DNA of 61,773 nt, filler included, from Sphacelaria rigidula (taxonomy: Eukaryota), in NCBI GenBank assembly GCA_964200075.2. It is 6 parts of 6 records of this genome, joined end to end, with 100 filler letters (N's around TTAATTAATTAA, not from the genome) between each part and the next. Parts side by side here need not be neighbours in the genome. Positions count along the whole stretch, not along the records: positions 41,253 to 51,463 come from CAXNAA020006921.1; positions 51,564 to 61,773 come from CAXNAA020006922.1; 4 more parts are not named here. The stretch is one strand, 5' to 3'. Position 1 is the stretch's first letter. Each line of letters opens with the position of its first letter. The notes below the pieces were generated by a model. It had not been told where the DNA came from and searched no databases. It was given only the letters and a program-made list of their open reading frames with translations. Positions 49,720-61,773 of the stretch are shown here, piece after piece. Both the position numbers and the translations under genes were made by a program.

Positions 49720-51000
49720 GGTTGATTGCGTACGTTATTTTAGGCGAGGATGAGTCTACTCCGAAAACAGTGAAGGATGTTCATAGCTCGTAGTACGATG
49801 AAGTGTGCCTCGAAGTTATGGACATGGAGATTCTTCGACCGGAGCGTAGCAATACATCGTCGGGTAAAAGGACAAAGTGACATCGACTCTATGTTGCTAT
49901 TTGAACCGGACGTAGATGAACGTCGTATACGTGTAAGGTGACGGCCACGCTATTGTTGAAGGCAGAGGCACACAACCGATCGGCATGAGAAACCTCATTA
50001 TTTTCCCCCACTCCCCAATCCCCAACCAACATAGTTGCTGCTGCTGCTGCTGCTGCTGGAGAGTTTGCTACTGCATGTTGACGGGCAAGCCGCTTTACCC
50101 CTTCGACGTCGAGCAGACCTTCGTGCATTCTGATGTACAAGAGGTAGCACTCGCGAGGTTGGCCCCAGGGCATTAAACAATGATCCGGATCAATCGTACG
50201 GCTACTCAAGACTTGTATTGGATGAAGCAAGCTGTGGGAGATATAGTGTTCAAAGCTAGGCACTACGCTTCTTCTTATCTATATAGGCCCATGGGCTGAT
50301 ATGTGATGTCGATTTTTTTGGCGGTTTTCTTCGATATCATTGTGACTTGTGGTGAGGACGAGATTAGCTATATATCTCGCTGCCGCAGTCAACACATGTT
50401 TCCCCATTAAGAACCTAGGAGAAACGTTGACGTCGGAGGATAGCTGCGAGTACTCGCGCAACATAAAGAAGGAACTCTTGAACTACGACGAGATCGTGTT
50501 TTAGATGAGAATCACGTCACCAAGACCACTTCGATACCCTCATACACTTCGGCTCCGACCCCGATCAGGATCGATATCAACGAGGACGTTCATGGAATAT
50601 CCCAAGAGGCGATGGGCTCTCCCATGTCGTTATTCAATAACGCGCCGTTGTATAGGTGATGCAGACAGGACGTCTTCTCGTAACACCGAAAAACTAATCA
50701 CCGATGACTGGTCGGGGGTGTTGACGATCTTCGAGTATCTGAACTTCACGCTTGACCTTGCCATTGCCTATGTCACAAGTTCGGGGACGGAATGGGTGGC
50801 ATACGCCGATGACAATTACACAAAATAGGACAAGACTCCTTCAGTGCGGGGAGGATGTATTGTTTTCAAGGTGCATTCATGGGAATTTTTCTCGGGGAAT
50901 CACGACAAAGCGACGCTGTCTTCGCTACTACACAGGAAAAATACATAGCAATGGGGGTATGCGGCTAAGGAGGCGCTCTTTGTCAATGCAACGCTGAAAT
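49720..51000 (+). mobile_element. Ty1/copia pol remnant (RT and RNase H), heavily decayed
   Basis: Motifs in the expected order: TPKTVKDV..EVMDME; FDVEQTFVHSDVQE; LYWMKQA (LYGLKQA); FPIKNLG; WSGVLTIFEYLNFTLD; VAYADDNY; RQSDAVFATTQEKYIAM. Confidence 0.85.
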
Positions 51001-51463
51001 TCATGCTGCCGCACCTACACAATATATGCATCCAAGCGCAACTAGAAGACTATTCGGCTGGCTAGCAATCATGAAAGCTCACACAACAGCAAGCGCATTC
51101 ACGGACGTCACCACTTTTTTAATGCGATGGTCGGCGACCAAATTCTACACGTGTAACCGCGGGCTGAACAGCACGCCGGTGTGCCAACAAATTCGCTGTC
51201 CATGGAGAGTTTCAACCACCCATAGGAATGGTTTAAAGAGTATTTAAAGGCGTCAGCAGTGCCAACAGGTTGGGGTGTGATCGCTACAGAGTGCTACATC
51301 ATATATTACATCGAGCCATGTAGCGTTCGAGTGAGATGCCACCGCGAGCTCAAGCTTCGGGGGGTAAAGCTTCGGGGGGGGGGGGGGGGGGGGGAAAAAG
51401 AGGGGGGGGGGGAGAGTTCTGGGGGTGCGACAAGGGTGGTGGGGGGTAGAAAGGTGCCCCACC

Positions 51464-51563
51464 NNNNNNNNNNNNNNNNNNNNNNNNNNNNNNNNNNNNN
51501 NNNNNNNTTAATTAATTAANNNNNNNNNNNNNNNNNNNNNNNNNNNNNNNNNNNNNNNNNNNN
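51464..51563. other. Artificial contig linker
   Basis: Same N44-TTAATTAATTAA-N44 structure. Confidence 0.98.
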
Positions 51564-51882
51564 CAAATTTGGACAATCTTTGAGAAACTAAGAAATTACG
51601 GATTCTGCATACTTCTGATGCTGACTACTGTAGGTTTACTGCGACCCTTTGAAATGAAGTTGGTTCGCCACTCGACAGTACAAGCGGCGCCATCCAAGAA
51701 ATTACTGTTGTGTCAGGTGGTCATGACCATTGTAGACTTGAACTACTAGTCGTCTTCAAGTGAAGACATTCATGCCCAAGCGTGTTGGGTATATACCTGA
51801 TACCCCGGTATATCGAAAGGTCATATTCGTGTTCTAGTACTCGAAATTTGAGTGGATAATTGAGATCCTACCCAATAATCGA

Positions 51883-52215
51883 CCGCCACGGTGTCTCAGT
51901 TGGTATCCTCGCAACCTTCTGACGATTAGGAGATGGGTTCGAATCTCGCTGAAGACACACAGTCTGGGATTTTTACCCACACCGTGCGCAGCAGTGAAGA
52001 GCATGTGTCGTGGATACATGAAAATTCTGCCTCACGGTCGACCAGAGAAGAGGGACCGCTGAACGTCTCGCGATGAAAAATAAAGCGAGCACCACAGACG
52101 GAAGGTGGAGGTGGAGAATATATTTGAAAAAAAAACTGTGCTGGCCTTCCTCCCGTGTGGACGCGGCTTAACTGCAGTATACTGTATACTGGAGGTGTAG
52201 ACTGGCGTCCAGAAT
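51883..52215 (+). mobile_element. tRNA-derived SINE, family B, copy 2
   Basis: GTGTCTCAGTTGG (A box, 51891) and GGTTCGAATC (B box, 51936); no intact acceptor stem; body homologous to 47205-47519. Confidence 0.7.
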
Positions 52216-53266
52216 AGATGGAATGACCTCACAACAACCGATCTACTCAAAATTTGTATAGTGCCAGAGATGGTACCCAAATTACCCCGATTACCCAAAA
52301 TATGGGTAGAGTAGTCATACCCAAGCGATACTTCACACCCGGGTAGTGCTGAGAGTACTTACCCTCTATTTTGGGTAGATTATTCAATTTCGTACCCAAT
52401 GTACCCCAGATCTGAGTAGTCGTGTATGGCACTTCACATGATTGCGGTACATACAGTATTGTTGTGCAGTCCTGTACCAAAAAATTAGACTACATAACAC
52501 GTTCCATGAAAAAATCTGACACATTTCACCACGTCGCGCACTGCCGTATCATGCAACATCAGATACGAGGCACATGGGCTCGTTGACTAGGTTTACGTGA
52601 TACGTGACCGAAGTTTCAGCAACGCCGACAACGTGCATACGACGGTGCCTCCCGAACTGAGTACATGAACGGGCCATGTCTGGACGTGTCCGCACAGATT
52701 GTAATTCTCCAGAGGATATTTCAGTACTAATTTGTTGAATGCTTGAGAGGGCAGCACCCCCCCCCCCCCCCCCAGGTACTCATCTAGAAGTGAGTGCACT
52801 TGCGTATCCAGATATACGCTCCCTACGGTGTACGAACTCTAGGATGCTAGGTGGCCGTTTTGAGGGCGTATCGCTGGTACTGCCGAAAATTCAAATATTC
52901 GGTATCTTGAACTTCCCCGCACGCCGGAGCATACACCGACTGATGCACATGCTGACAGATTCACGGTGGGGCCTCCACCCACGGTCGAGAAATTCACAAG
53001 CAAAGTTTCTGCTCAAAAGTACCATGACTTTTTGTATGCCGGCCAAGTATGGCCGGGCATTCGCCAATGTATTGCGGGCTTCCAGGTGTAATCTACCTTT
53101 TTTTTGTGGCGCAGGACTGTGCAATGCTGTAAGACTCTGTCCTCCTCTTGTCCGACCCCCCTGCCAAAAATAGCAAACCAAAACAACCCTTAACAAGACC
53201 AAGAACCACGCCTACTTATGACCACGTGTTGTACTGGCCGTAGCTTGCTTTGTATCACAGGCACCG

Positions 53267-53600
53267 TAGGTGGGGTAGGCACCCGGTACCAGTATTTGGG
53301 ACATGTCATACCCTACCGATACCGACTAAATCGGGGATTTTCAAATGTCATACCTACGATACCCACGATACCACGGTATTTCGAGATTTCAATACCTGCC
53401 GTACCTGCTCGATCAAGTATTTCCCAAACTCATACTGTACCTACGATACCTTCGACACCTACGATACCACGGTATTTCGAGATTTCAATACCTACCGTAC
53501 CTGCTCAATCCGGCATTTTCAAAACTCATACAGACGGCATACACGCACACCACGGTATGGAATACCCAGGTGAATACCAGGGGTATACCTGGTGAATACC
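53267..53600 (+). mobile_element. MITE-like element with TACCTACGATACC sub-repeats, copy 1
   Basis: Shares GTATTTGGGACATGTCATACCCTACCGATACCGAC and internal repeat units with 54528-54925. Confidence 0.7.
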
Positions 53601-53836
53601 GGACGCGGTGCACTCCCCACGGTGCAACAGCTGGTCCCAACTGACGCAAAGGCCAGAAGTTGTCGGAGCAGGTACGTCTTGTTTTCACAAGTATATACCC
53701 CAGCTTCCCCCTGATTTTCGTGTTTGGATCAGTTCGAACGAACTTGTACTCGATCTGATGGGCCCGCCAAATTTCTGTCCTCAACTCAAACTTGAAGCTA
53801 CTGGCGTGCGGAGAAAACCTACAAAACGAAAAGACT

Positions 53837-54485
53837 GAGCTTTTTCGATCGAAAACATGCGGTCAAACTGCACGAAGCAACAGTCGACTTCTATCTTCAA
53901 GATCACGACGCCAGACAAATCCCGTTTACGGAACCATGCCAACTCCATTCGACTTATTTTCAGCTACCACCACAACCCTGCAGCATCAAATACGAGTTGA
54001 GTACGGGGATGGATACCCTACAGTCATTGGGTATGCTTTCCTTATTTTTCATTGACGAAAACTTGTGCATCCTCTTTCATGGTGGGATCAGCGACAGAAC
54101 TTCGGGGTACGGTGAGCAACCGAGTTGCGTACACGCTTTTGGACAGTGCAGGCAGTACAAGGCAGCACGTTCAAGTCCATTCACGTCGCATTGAGAGCAG
54201 AGAGAACTGATGGTCCTGGGCCGTCTGCTCTGCATTACCCGCTTCTCTGTACAATCCTACTCGACAAATCACGCACACACACACTCCAGACACTGCTTGC
54301 AAGCAGTGCAGACAGTACAGGCTGTCTGTACGACCATGTACCGTTTCGCGAATTTCACCGTCTTTTTTGGACCGGAAGCTTTAGATCCGGTTGAACCAAA
54401 CTCGAGAAATATGAGCTTTTTTCGCTCAAATCAATTCCACTGCCCCACATTTTCGATGGAAGAAAAGAGTGCCGAGACACGCCCC
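53837..54485 (-). repeat. Dispersed CGATCG-terminal repeat, homologous to ~8330-8889
   Basis: Collinear reverse-complement similarity. Confidence 0.72.
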
Positions 54486-54527
54486 GAAACGCTTCTCCGC
54501 ACTGCCAGATGACAGTTTTGAAACCAG

Positions 54528-54925
54528 TAGAGGGTAAGGCAAGTACCCGGTACGGGTATTTGGGACATGTCATACCCTACCGATACCGACCAAATCGGGT
54601 ATTTTCAAATGTCATGCCTACGGTACCCACGATACCACGGTATTCCGAGGAACAGGTACCTACCGTACCTGCCCAATCGGGTATTTTCGAAAGTCACACC
54701 TACGATACCTACGATACCACCGTATTTCGAGATATAAGTACCTACCGTACCCGCTCAATCAGGTATTTTCGAAACTCATACCTACGATACCTACGATACC
54801 TGAGATTTCAATTCCTACCGTACCCGCTTGATCGGGTATTTCCGAAACTCATACCTACGATACCCACGCATACCACGGTATGTAAGATCCCGGGGTACGC
54901 TTGGTACGGTACCTTACCTACGGTT
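54528..54925 (+). mobile_element. MITE-like element with TACCTACGATACC sub-repeats, copy 2
   Basis: Collinear with 53267-53600. Confidence 0.7.
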
Positions 54926-57900
54926 CCTGTGCTTTGTACTGAAAGCCCTGAACACTACCAACTTCTGCCGTCTGCGTAGATGGTGGGCTGGTGTCGCCAT
55001 GACTCGGCTGCCCGCCGAAGAGTGTCCGAAGAATGCTACAGTTCTGCTGCTGCGGCTTCTACTTTTGCCATCGTTCGTCATCATCAGCCGTTGCTTATTC
55101 AGTGGAACTCTTCTTTTACGGTCCCCGGTATGTTCGATTGAGCAAGAACATTGGTGTTGTCGAACATATTACTCTACGGAGACGACTCGCAGACGGGTTC
55201 GCACGCTCTGATGGATGGTGCAGTGGGTGGTGTGACGAAATACTTTTTCAACTGCGCCAGAAAATGGAGGATGTACAACGCAGGAGGGTGTGACTTGAGG
55301 CGTTGGTACACCGCAAGAACGACCTGAACTAAGCACAACGGTACTCTTGACTAGATGATATTGCTCTCATACTGCCAAATGCCGCATACCATCAGCTGCA
55401 TTCACGAAACAGATGGCGAAATCTGTACAACCCAAGGAGTCAATATCCAATATGTCGATCGGACACGCGATCGAGGATTACTCCAGTTGCACGATATCAG
55501 CGAGGTGAAACTATATAGGCAGTCACAACTAGCTAGAATACTGGTCATTGTGCAGGACGAAGAATACAATTGTCAATTCCTCGAATAGTGCAATGATTGT
55601 TGTAGATTACTTTGCACTGACCTCGATGTTTACATCTGCGGCAGGGTCCGCGCATGCAAGAACGCGGAAGACTGGTACATATGTGCCTTCGCTACACCGA
55701 GAACTCGGGTTGCCTCTGCAGCTGCTGTTTATCGAGATGGTGCCATTTGAGTGGGAGGTTCTACAAGCGCATCCGATCACAAATGGCATCCGAGATGAAC
55801 AGAACGTAATGCGCGTGCTCGCCTACGCACACACACACTGTTGGTGAGTGTGCTGAGTTCTCATTTCCAGCTCGACGCCCCATCCGCGCCCGTTCGAGTT
55901 CACCGTGGGCACCCTGCCCGCATTGCCCCCCTCGCCCTCGGGATTGGAACACTCTCGGATTTCTCCACGTGCCTTCTGCAGGCGTCCGAGTCCGGTCGAC
56001 AGCGGGAAGACATGTGCCAGTGTACTGTGGTGATCAACAGGCAGATCTTGTTCACGAAGGACCCCACGTCCTGCCCAGAAATGGTCAACAGTAGTCCCGG
56101 ATCCGCCGTGTTGCGTGGCCACAATCTGTACATCTCGTCGATATTCACCTTCGGGGTTTTGCCCCCGATCACTATCGGTGTTGTGAACAGACTTGGCGAT
56201 CCTAGGACCTTCTGAGCGAATTCCCAAATTTTGAAAAAACAATCCCTGACACGTGTTGATGAGTCCCCCACGGGTGGATCGCCAACAGCTGGAAGAAGCG
56301 AATAGTGCCATCATCACAGATGGCGTCAGCCAGATATACTGTCCAAGGGCGGCCAAGCACTCTCGCTCCTGCCCCTCAGATTCTCGATTCCGCTGCACAT
56401 CCTGTTCACCAGTATATATCGAGGGCCACCGTTCACATTACGCTTAGCAGTGACTCATCACCGTCAAGCGCATTGTAAACGGTGGCCCCCGGTACATGAT
56501 GGTGAATGGGGTATACAGTGCGATCGAGAATCTGAGGAACGGGGGCGGGAGTGCTTGGCTGCCTTACGGACAGTATTCCTGGCTGACGCCATCTGTTGAG
56601 GTGGTGTTATTTGTTTGAACCTACCTGTCAGCTTGTTGCTACGTCGTTCCCCATGTGTCTGGGACCCCTTTCTTTTTGAATTCGTTCAGTTCCTGCGAAC
56701 GCCGAATCTATTCATAACAACGATAGTGGTAATCAAAGACAAACGTTTTTCAGCCACGATTGGGGGTTGTCCAGCCTCACAACTCGCCCCGCCTCGAATC
56801 TTGTCATTCCTTCTTTGCGCACCCCATTGACGAACTCTGGATCGGCAAAGGTACGATCAAGAGTTGGATCCACTGTTGGGGACGTGGAGAAAGGTGAACG
56901 GATGGAACCAGTATTCCACCTCTCGCTGTAGCGCCCGGGTCCCTCGAAGGAGTGCAAAAAACAACCGCCCCCATGCAAGCAGTCTGAACTGCGTTTGTAG
57001 TTGTGCAGAGGCACAGGCGGGCGCCCGCGAGCGTCATCCGCACGCGAGTGCATGGATAGCTGAGCCTCTGCGAGCCGTGATGCACCGAGATGACGCCAGT
57101 AATGGCCTTTGCTGGGACCTGGTCGATGGCATGCGATGGACATTGGCGTTCCTGGCTCGTGTGTCCATTCGCAAGAGGGAGCGCCTGTACATCGCGACCA
57201 TAGCCCCCCTTCGGTCTTACCGCGCCCACTGCTTCCACGCACCGGTTTAGACTCTACCCGCACCAACTGTTCCCCCCTAGAGCTGTATCAATATCCGGGA
57301 GGGCTTTGTGAACTACTGCGTCGCGCCTCCATCCCCCCTCTTCCATCTTGCGCGTGGTGTTTACCCCTTCCAGCATGGGGGGACAGTGTTTGACCTTCCC
57401 TATCCACCCTCACCTCGTTGTCAGGCCGGTTCGTTGGCGCCGGTGCTGCCTCCCATCGCTCAACCAACCGCCATAGACGGGCTGAGGTGTTGAATTCGAG
57501 GAGAACGCCAAACCTGGTCGCTTGCTACCGTGTCCCGATGGTTTTGAAAAATTTGCGGGCGACAGTTCCGGATGCCTTTTTTGTTGCTTCATCTCGGGAG
57601 GCGGGTGCCGATGCCACCCCGGGAGAGCGTGGTGCCATCAGCTGAACTTCCTTCAGCCAGTTCTTGTGCAGTAGCGCAACCCTTTGTTGCTCGGGCCATG
57701 CTCCCCATTCGCTGACGTGCTACCTTTGTTCCTGGCGTATCGACGTCGATGCGTATCGACGTCAACATGCGAGGAGAAGTTCGAGGAACCGCCCGAAGTA
57801 AAAGGCGCCCGGAGAGCATGGCCTGGGCAACATAGGGCTGCATTGCAGCACATGAGCATGTGGGGGTTTGCCTCTCCCGCGGTCGGGCAGGGCATGACTT

Positions 57901-59159
57901 TAGTTCGCCTCCGAGCATTTGGGTTGACGTTTGGTCCTTTGCAAGTACCAGGAGCCGCTGGCGTCATACTGTGTGTGCACCCTTGCCCCGCGTATCCTTC
58001 CTCCCGACTCCTGGTGCAGCCCTGCTGCCTGCCATCTCGGATCTGACTGCAACGGGACGACGAGTCACGTTCAGCAACACCCCCGAACTGGTGACAACCT
58101 GTACAGTGCCGACCTCTGTGTTTTCCCGAACGGGCCATCGTGCTGCATAATTGTGTCATCCGGTGTCAGAGACGGCGCTGTACTATCTGTTCGTCCCTTG
58201 ACGTGCAAAGCGCGCCGTCGATAAGTGGCAACTACGGGAACACCACGAACACCTGTAATGCCGGGACGTGCAGCGCGCTACGCACAGATTCGCCGTGTGT
58301 AACGCATCACGCAGGCGCGTAGCGAGCGTAGCGACCTACCCTGGCATCCATCACGCTCGCCCACGAGAAGTGATACACATGTGTGTGGTATTTCCGTAGA
58401 TGTTTTATTTTTTTGCCATCGTAGGCGTGCTTTGCGCGTAAAGAGACTAACGTACAGTAAGTACGGCGTCATCACCTATGCTGAACAAGATGGGTTTGTC
58501 GCACCACCTACGGGGTACAGTACAGGTGGCGACATTGCAGAGTGTCTTCACGAGTTCGGGACCACTAATGTTGTTACCGATGCAGTCAGACCCGAGGTGG
58601 GGAACTAGGAGACAGGCGAAGCTTCATCAGGAGGCAGGAAGAAGGACATATGCGAGGGGCAATGATGGGGGATGGCACAGCATATGCGAAACATCGTCAA
58701 ACTTTCTTGGTAGTACAGATGAAAGAAAATATTAGTCTCAATGAAAAGGTACCGTGCGATGTAGAGCATGCCGGCTGACAAGTATACCTTACTCCCGTTT
58801 TTTCGAAGAGCAGCAGGCCGCCTGCCCCATCTATCCTGTCCTTGTTTTATCAATGGCATCTCCTGTCGACGATGGAGCTCCCGGACCGCGTGGTCGCATG
58901 CGACATGGCTGCCACGATTCTGGAGAAGAACTGATGCCGAGAAACTCGATCAGCGCGTGTTTCCCCCCTTCTGCTGACCCCTCGAATTAATGCTGGGTGC
59001 ACATAGTCCCGACCGCTTCGAAAACCCTGCGCCGGGTCGTCCAGGAAAGAGCATGGTGTGCCCGCTACATGAGTGGAATTTCACCAACCGCTCCTTCGAG
59101 TGCCTCGAATTCCTTTTCCACCAGCTGCCTCCATACGATCAACTCACGAAGGCAGCAAA

Positions 59160-59600
59160 AGCCGTGTTGAGGCATCCCGCGGTTTCATTAGTCAAACTTT
59201 CATCACCTCCTCGGCGTGCTGGGCATGGCGCTTCGTCCCTGTGGTGCCCCACGGTCCATGCCACGCCTGCTGAAACGCACATCCTGGTTGTGAAGACCAC
59301 CAACTCTTGTTCACCACATTCACCATTCCTGTCTTCTCCGCGTGCTGAGCTCAAAACTCATCTTTTCCCTGGCGCCCTATACCCCAAACAACGGCGAATA
59401 CCTTGGAGAACCCTTCGCGGGAGCGTATCTCGTTCTCCGTGTTCACCATCACCTTCCCAGCGTACTGCGCACCGAGCTCTGCCTCTGTGGCGCCCTGTCG
59501 CCTGCTATACGATGGGGTGCTTGGAATGCAAATTCCCTCCAGGTGACATGCCTTTGTTCCAAGTCCGCAAGTTCTCCCCACCCATTCCGCGCGCTACGCG
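59160..59600 (-). pseudogene. Decayed EsV-1-7 cysteine-rich repeat array (at least 3 units)
   Basis: One frame reads TKACHLEGICIPSTPSYSRRQGATEAELGAQYAGKVMVN / IRSREGFSKVFAVVWGIGRQGKDEF*AQHAEKTGMVNVVNK / SWWSSQPGCAFQQAWHGPWGTTGTKRHAQHAEEVMKV*. This matches the K.C..EGC...PS(F/Y)G..G...AEFC..HA..GMVNV consensus, with TGA where Cys is expected. Confidence 0.75.
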
Positions 59601-60289
59601 CTTTGACCCGCTTTTTCCTGTGCCCTTCAAGACAAGAGCACGTGGAACAAAGCGGCGCTATTGCGGGCATCGCGCAGACTGGGACGGTAAACTAAAAGAC
59701 ACGAGAACATCTGCTTTTGCCGGGACGGTTGCTCTAAGCGCACCCTTCTGTAGCCTCGAGGGTTCGTCACAAAGACGGAACTGGGGGGCGGGTAGTACCG
59801 CTGTGTAGGTGTTTCTGGTACACGCGGTGAAGTGAGGGTATGCTCACACGAAGGATGATTCGGAGCAAATGACACCGTTTTTTGGAAGTGTAGGCCGCTG
59901 GGAGGTGCGAGGTTTGTGCTAAGCGTGCTGAGAATACCGGATGGTGTGATGTCTCGGTGACACAAGAAGGGGTGTTTTCACGAGGATAATGATACACGCG
60001 AGATGCGTCCACGGTTTTCGCATACCTATCATGCTAAGCTTCCTCTGTGCACCTAGCCGGTCCTGATGGGAATGGAAGCCATCTGTATTGGGGAGACACG
60101 TGCAAGGTATCGTTTCCCCCTTTAGGGTCATGTCATGGGTCCATGACTGGGCAGAGATATGGGGTGTCCCCAGTCATCACGAAGTAGATGCTTTTGAGAA
60201 TTGATGAGCCAGGCGAGTCGTCCTCACCTTGTCAGTATTTCGGAGTTGTTTTGTTGATTAAGTGGTGACGGAAACGTTCCGTGGCTTGA

Positions 60290-60570
60290 AGTTGCCGTAT
60301 GACCAAGACACGCAGGAGGAGACGAATAAAAACGTATTTTCGTGATGAGTCATGCCTAAAGATCTATGAATTCGAACGTCACCCTTGAGCTGGCCCTTGA
60401 AAGAAATAACAACGGATATTCCACGGCAGCATCGCCGGCCGTGGTCGACATATGGCAAACGATGGTTTGAAATAACCGCGTCAACACCGCTGTCACGCAG
60501 AAGGGAGAAAATGACGAATCATGTTGTCGTGATGCGTTATGCCTCAATATCCATGATTTCGAACGTTACC
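60290..60570 (+). mobile_element. Possible Tc1/IS630-like transposase remnant (central region)
   Basis: FHGSI (other frame) ... KRWFEITASTP...VVVMRYAS resembles DYH.N...WFE..L.P...VIVMDNASYH. Confidence 0.4.
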
Positions 60571-60677
60571 AACAAAATCAACTCCTCAGATACCTCATGA
60601 GCAGTATTTGGAAACGTGAAGTTGACGCATACTACTAGACAGGATAACTTTGTTTTCTCCCCAACGATCCATCTCCA

Positions 60678-60899
60678 TCACGGCGTGCTCAACGAATTGT
60701 CCACAAATGACGAATTCCGACCCCAATATCTCCCCTTCCGAACCCGTTCCCAGATCTCCACTATTCTACGACCTGTCCTGTAGTTGAAGCTGGCGTACTG
60801 TTCATCGTGCTGCCAAAACAAGTCGATCGGACAAGGAGTCGGTATGTACACTGGGGTCCGATTCGAGCGCCACTCTCGTTCATGCTTGAACTTTTCCAA
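60678..60899 (-). mobile_element. Tc1/IS630-like transposase C-terminal remnant
   Basis: TPVYIPTPCPIDLFWQHDEQYASFNY resembles the DDE_3 motif TPPY.P.LNPIE..W...K.Y. Confidence 0.5.
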
Positions 60900-61773
60900 T
60901 CCTTTCTAATCCTTTTGGAAATGTTGGTAGAGAAGTGACGTACGTTTTCTTGGGCAAGACATGGTTCTTTTTCTGCAGGTGTTGATGCAGCCCACCAAAA
61001 CGGTGCACCACTCTCACTTCAAGAATACAACTGTGACGGATTCGTGCACTAAACTCAAAGTGACGTTTTCCCAGTGACGAAAGCTAGCATGTGGCGGTTT
61101 TCAAGTATTCCACACCCTGAACTATTGCCAGTCGACAATGGTCGCAATAGGCCTATACTCTATGAAGTACGTTTCTTGTCTATTGCACCTATTGATCACA
61201 TCTTGTCCAAGGTGTGAAACATTCACTTTTCCGTCCACGGTTCCAAAAGTGTAGGCGATTGCTTTTGATGCGCGCGTAGAATTCGCATATATTGTAGGTT
61301 CTTGTTTCTCGGTTTTTCACACTGGTATTAAGTGATCGTAAGGCCCCGGGGGGGGGTTCCGTTCCAAAATGATCCCCGTGAACGAGACACACACACTTTC
61401 GACTTCGCACTCGGAAATGATTCCGATCACGGAACTTCGAACCCTGCCCCTGTGCTCACCCTTCCCATCAGCCCGTTCATTGAATCACCCCTCTTCGATG
61501 GGCCCTCCGTCTTGTCAAAAATCTGAAAATGGATCTTTCTCACCGTCTTGTTCAGGGCTGTCTAGTAGAACTGGTTCTGCCCTTTGAAAGTAGGTTCCAA
61601 CCTCCCCCCCCCGCACCCTCCGTCTCGAAAGGGATGCGTGGTCAATGGTCAAAAGACAAAGGCGAGCAACAAATGAGTACGTCCCCCCCACCCCCCCCAC
61701 CCCCCATCCAAATGCGAGATAATCAGTACGCTTCGGGCCGAACAATCTTAGCAGGATGCAGCTCACCCTTCAT

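Noticed and set aside
51883-51955. tRNA gene
   Set aside because: A and B boxes are present, but there is no pairing acceptor stem and a multi-copy SINE body follows.
53267-54925. CRISPR-like array (also considered for 19818-21121)
   Set aside because: The repeats are degenerate sub-repeats of MITEs with no unique constant-length spacers, no cas genes are present, and the context is eukaryotic.
55823-56398. Ty3/gypsy RNase H based on ERECLAAL
   Set aside because: An isolated motif; the flanking DAS and YL.G..F...TDH motifs are not found in the right order.
695-59600. Developmental gene cluster (TALE HD together with an IMM-like EsV-1-7 gene)
   Set aside because: They lie on different, artificially concatenated contigs.
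58990-59808. 272-aa plus-strand ORF, the longest in the track
   Set aside because: No recognisable motif, Pro/Ser/Arg-rich, and antisense to the EsV-1-7 repeat remnant.

Overview
This window is not one locus. It is six unrelated ~10.2-kb contigs (10215, 10214, 10212, 10211, 10211 and 10210 bp, in decreasing size order) joined by identical 100-nt artificial linkers (N44-TTAATTAATTAA-N44). The DNA is eukaryotic, intron-rich and transposon-dense, and most likely comes from a brown alga (Phaeophyceae, Ectocarpus-like). That assignment is inferred from short GT-AG exons in multi-kb introns, an EsV-1-7 repeat remnant and the repeat content. Almost all ORFs in the supplied track are spurious. Spliced genes recoverable by hand, all on the minus strand: (1) two exons of a TALE-class homeodomain transcription factor in contig 1 (the class that includes OUROBOROS and SAMSARA); (2) four in-phase exons of an unidentified protein in contig 2; (3) three in-phase exons of an unidentified, possibly membrane protein in contig 4; (4) three exons of a type II NADH dehydrogenase in contig 5. 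The rest is a decayed EsV-1-7 repeat array, LINE, Ty1/copia and Tc1/IS630-like remnants, tRNA-derived SINEs, several MITE families (Tc1/mariner-, piggyBac-, hAT- and Harbinger-like) and microsatellites. I found no support for a novel multi-gene system, and synteny across the linkers has no biological meaning.
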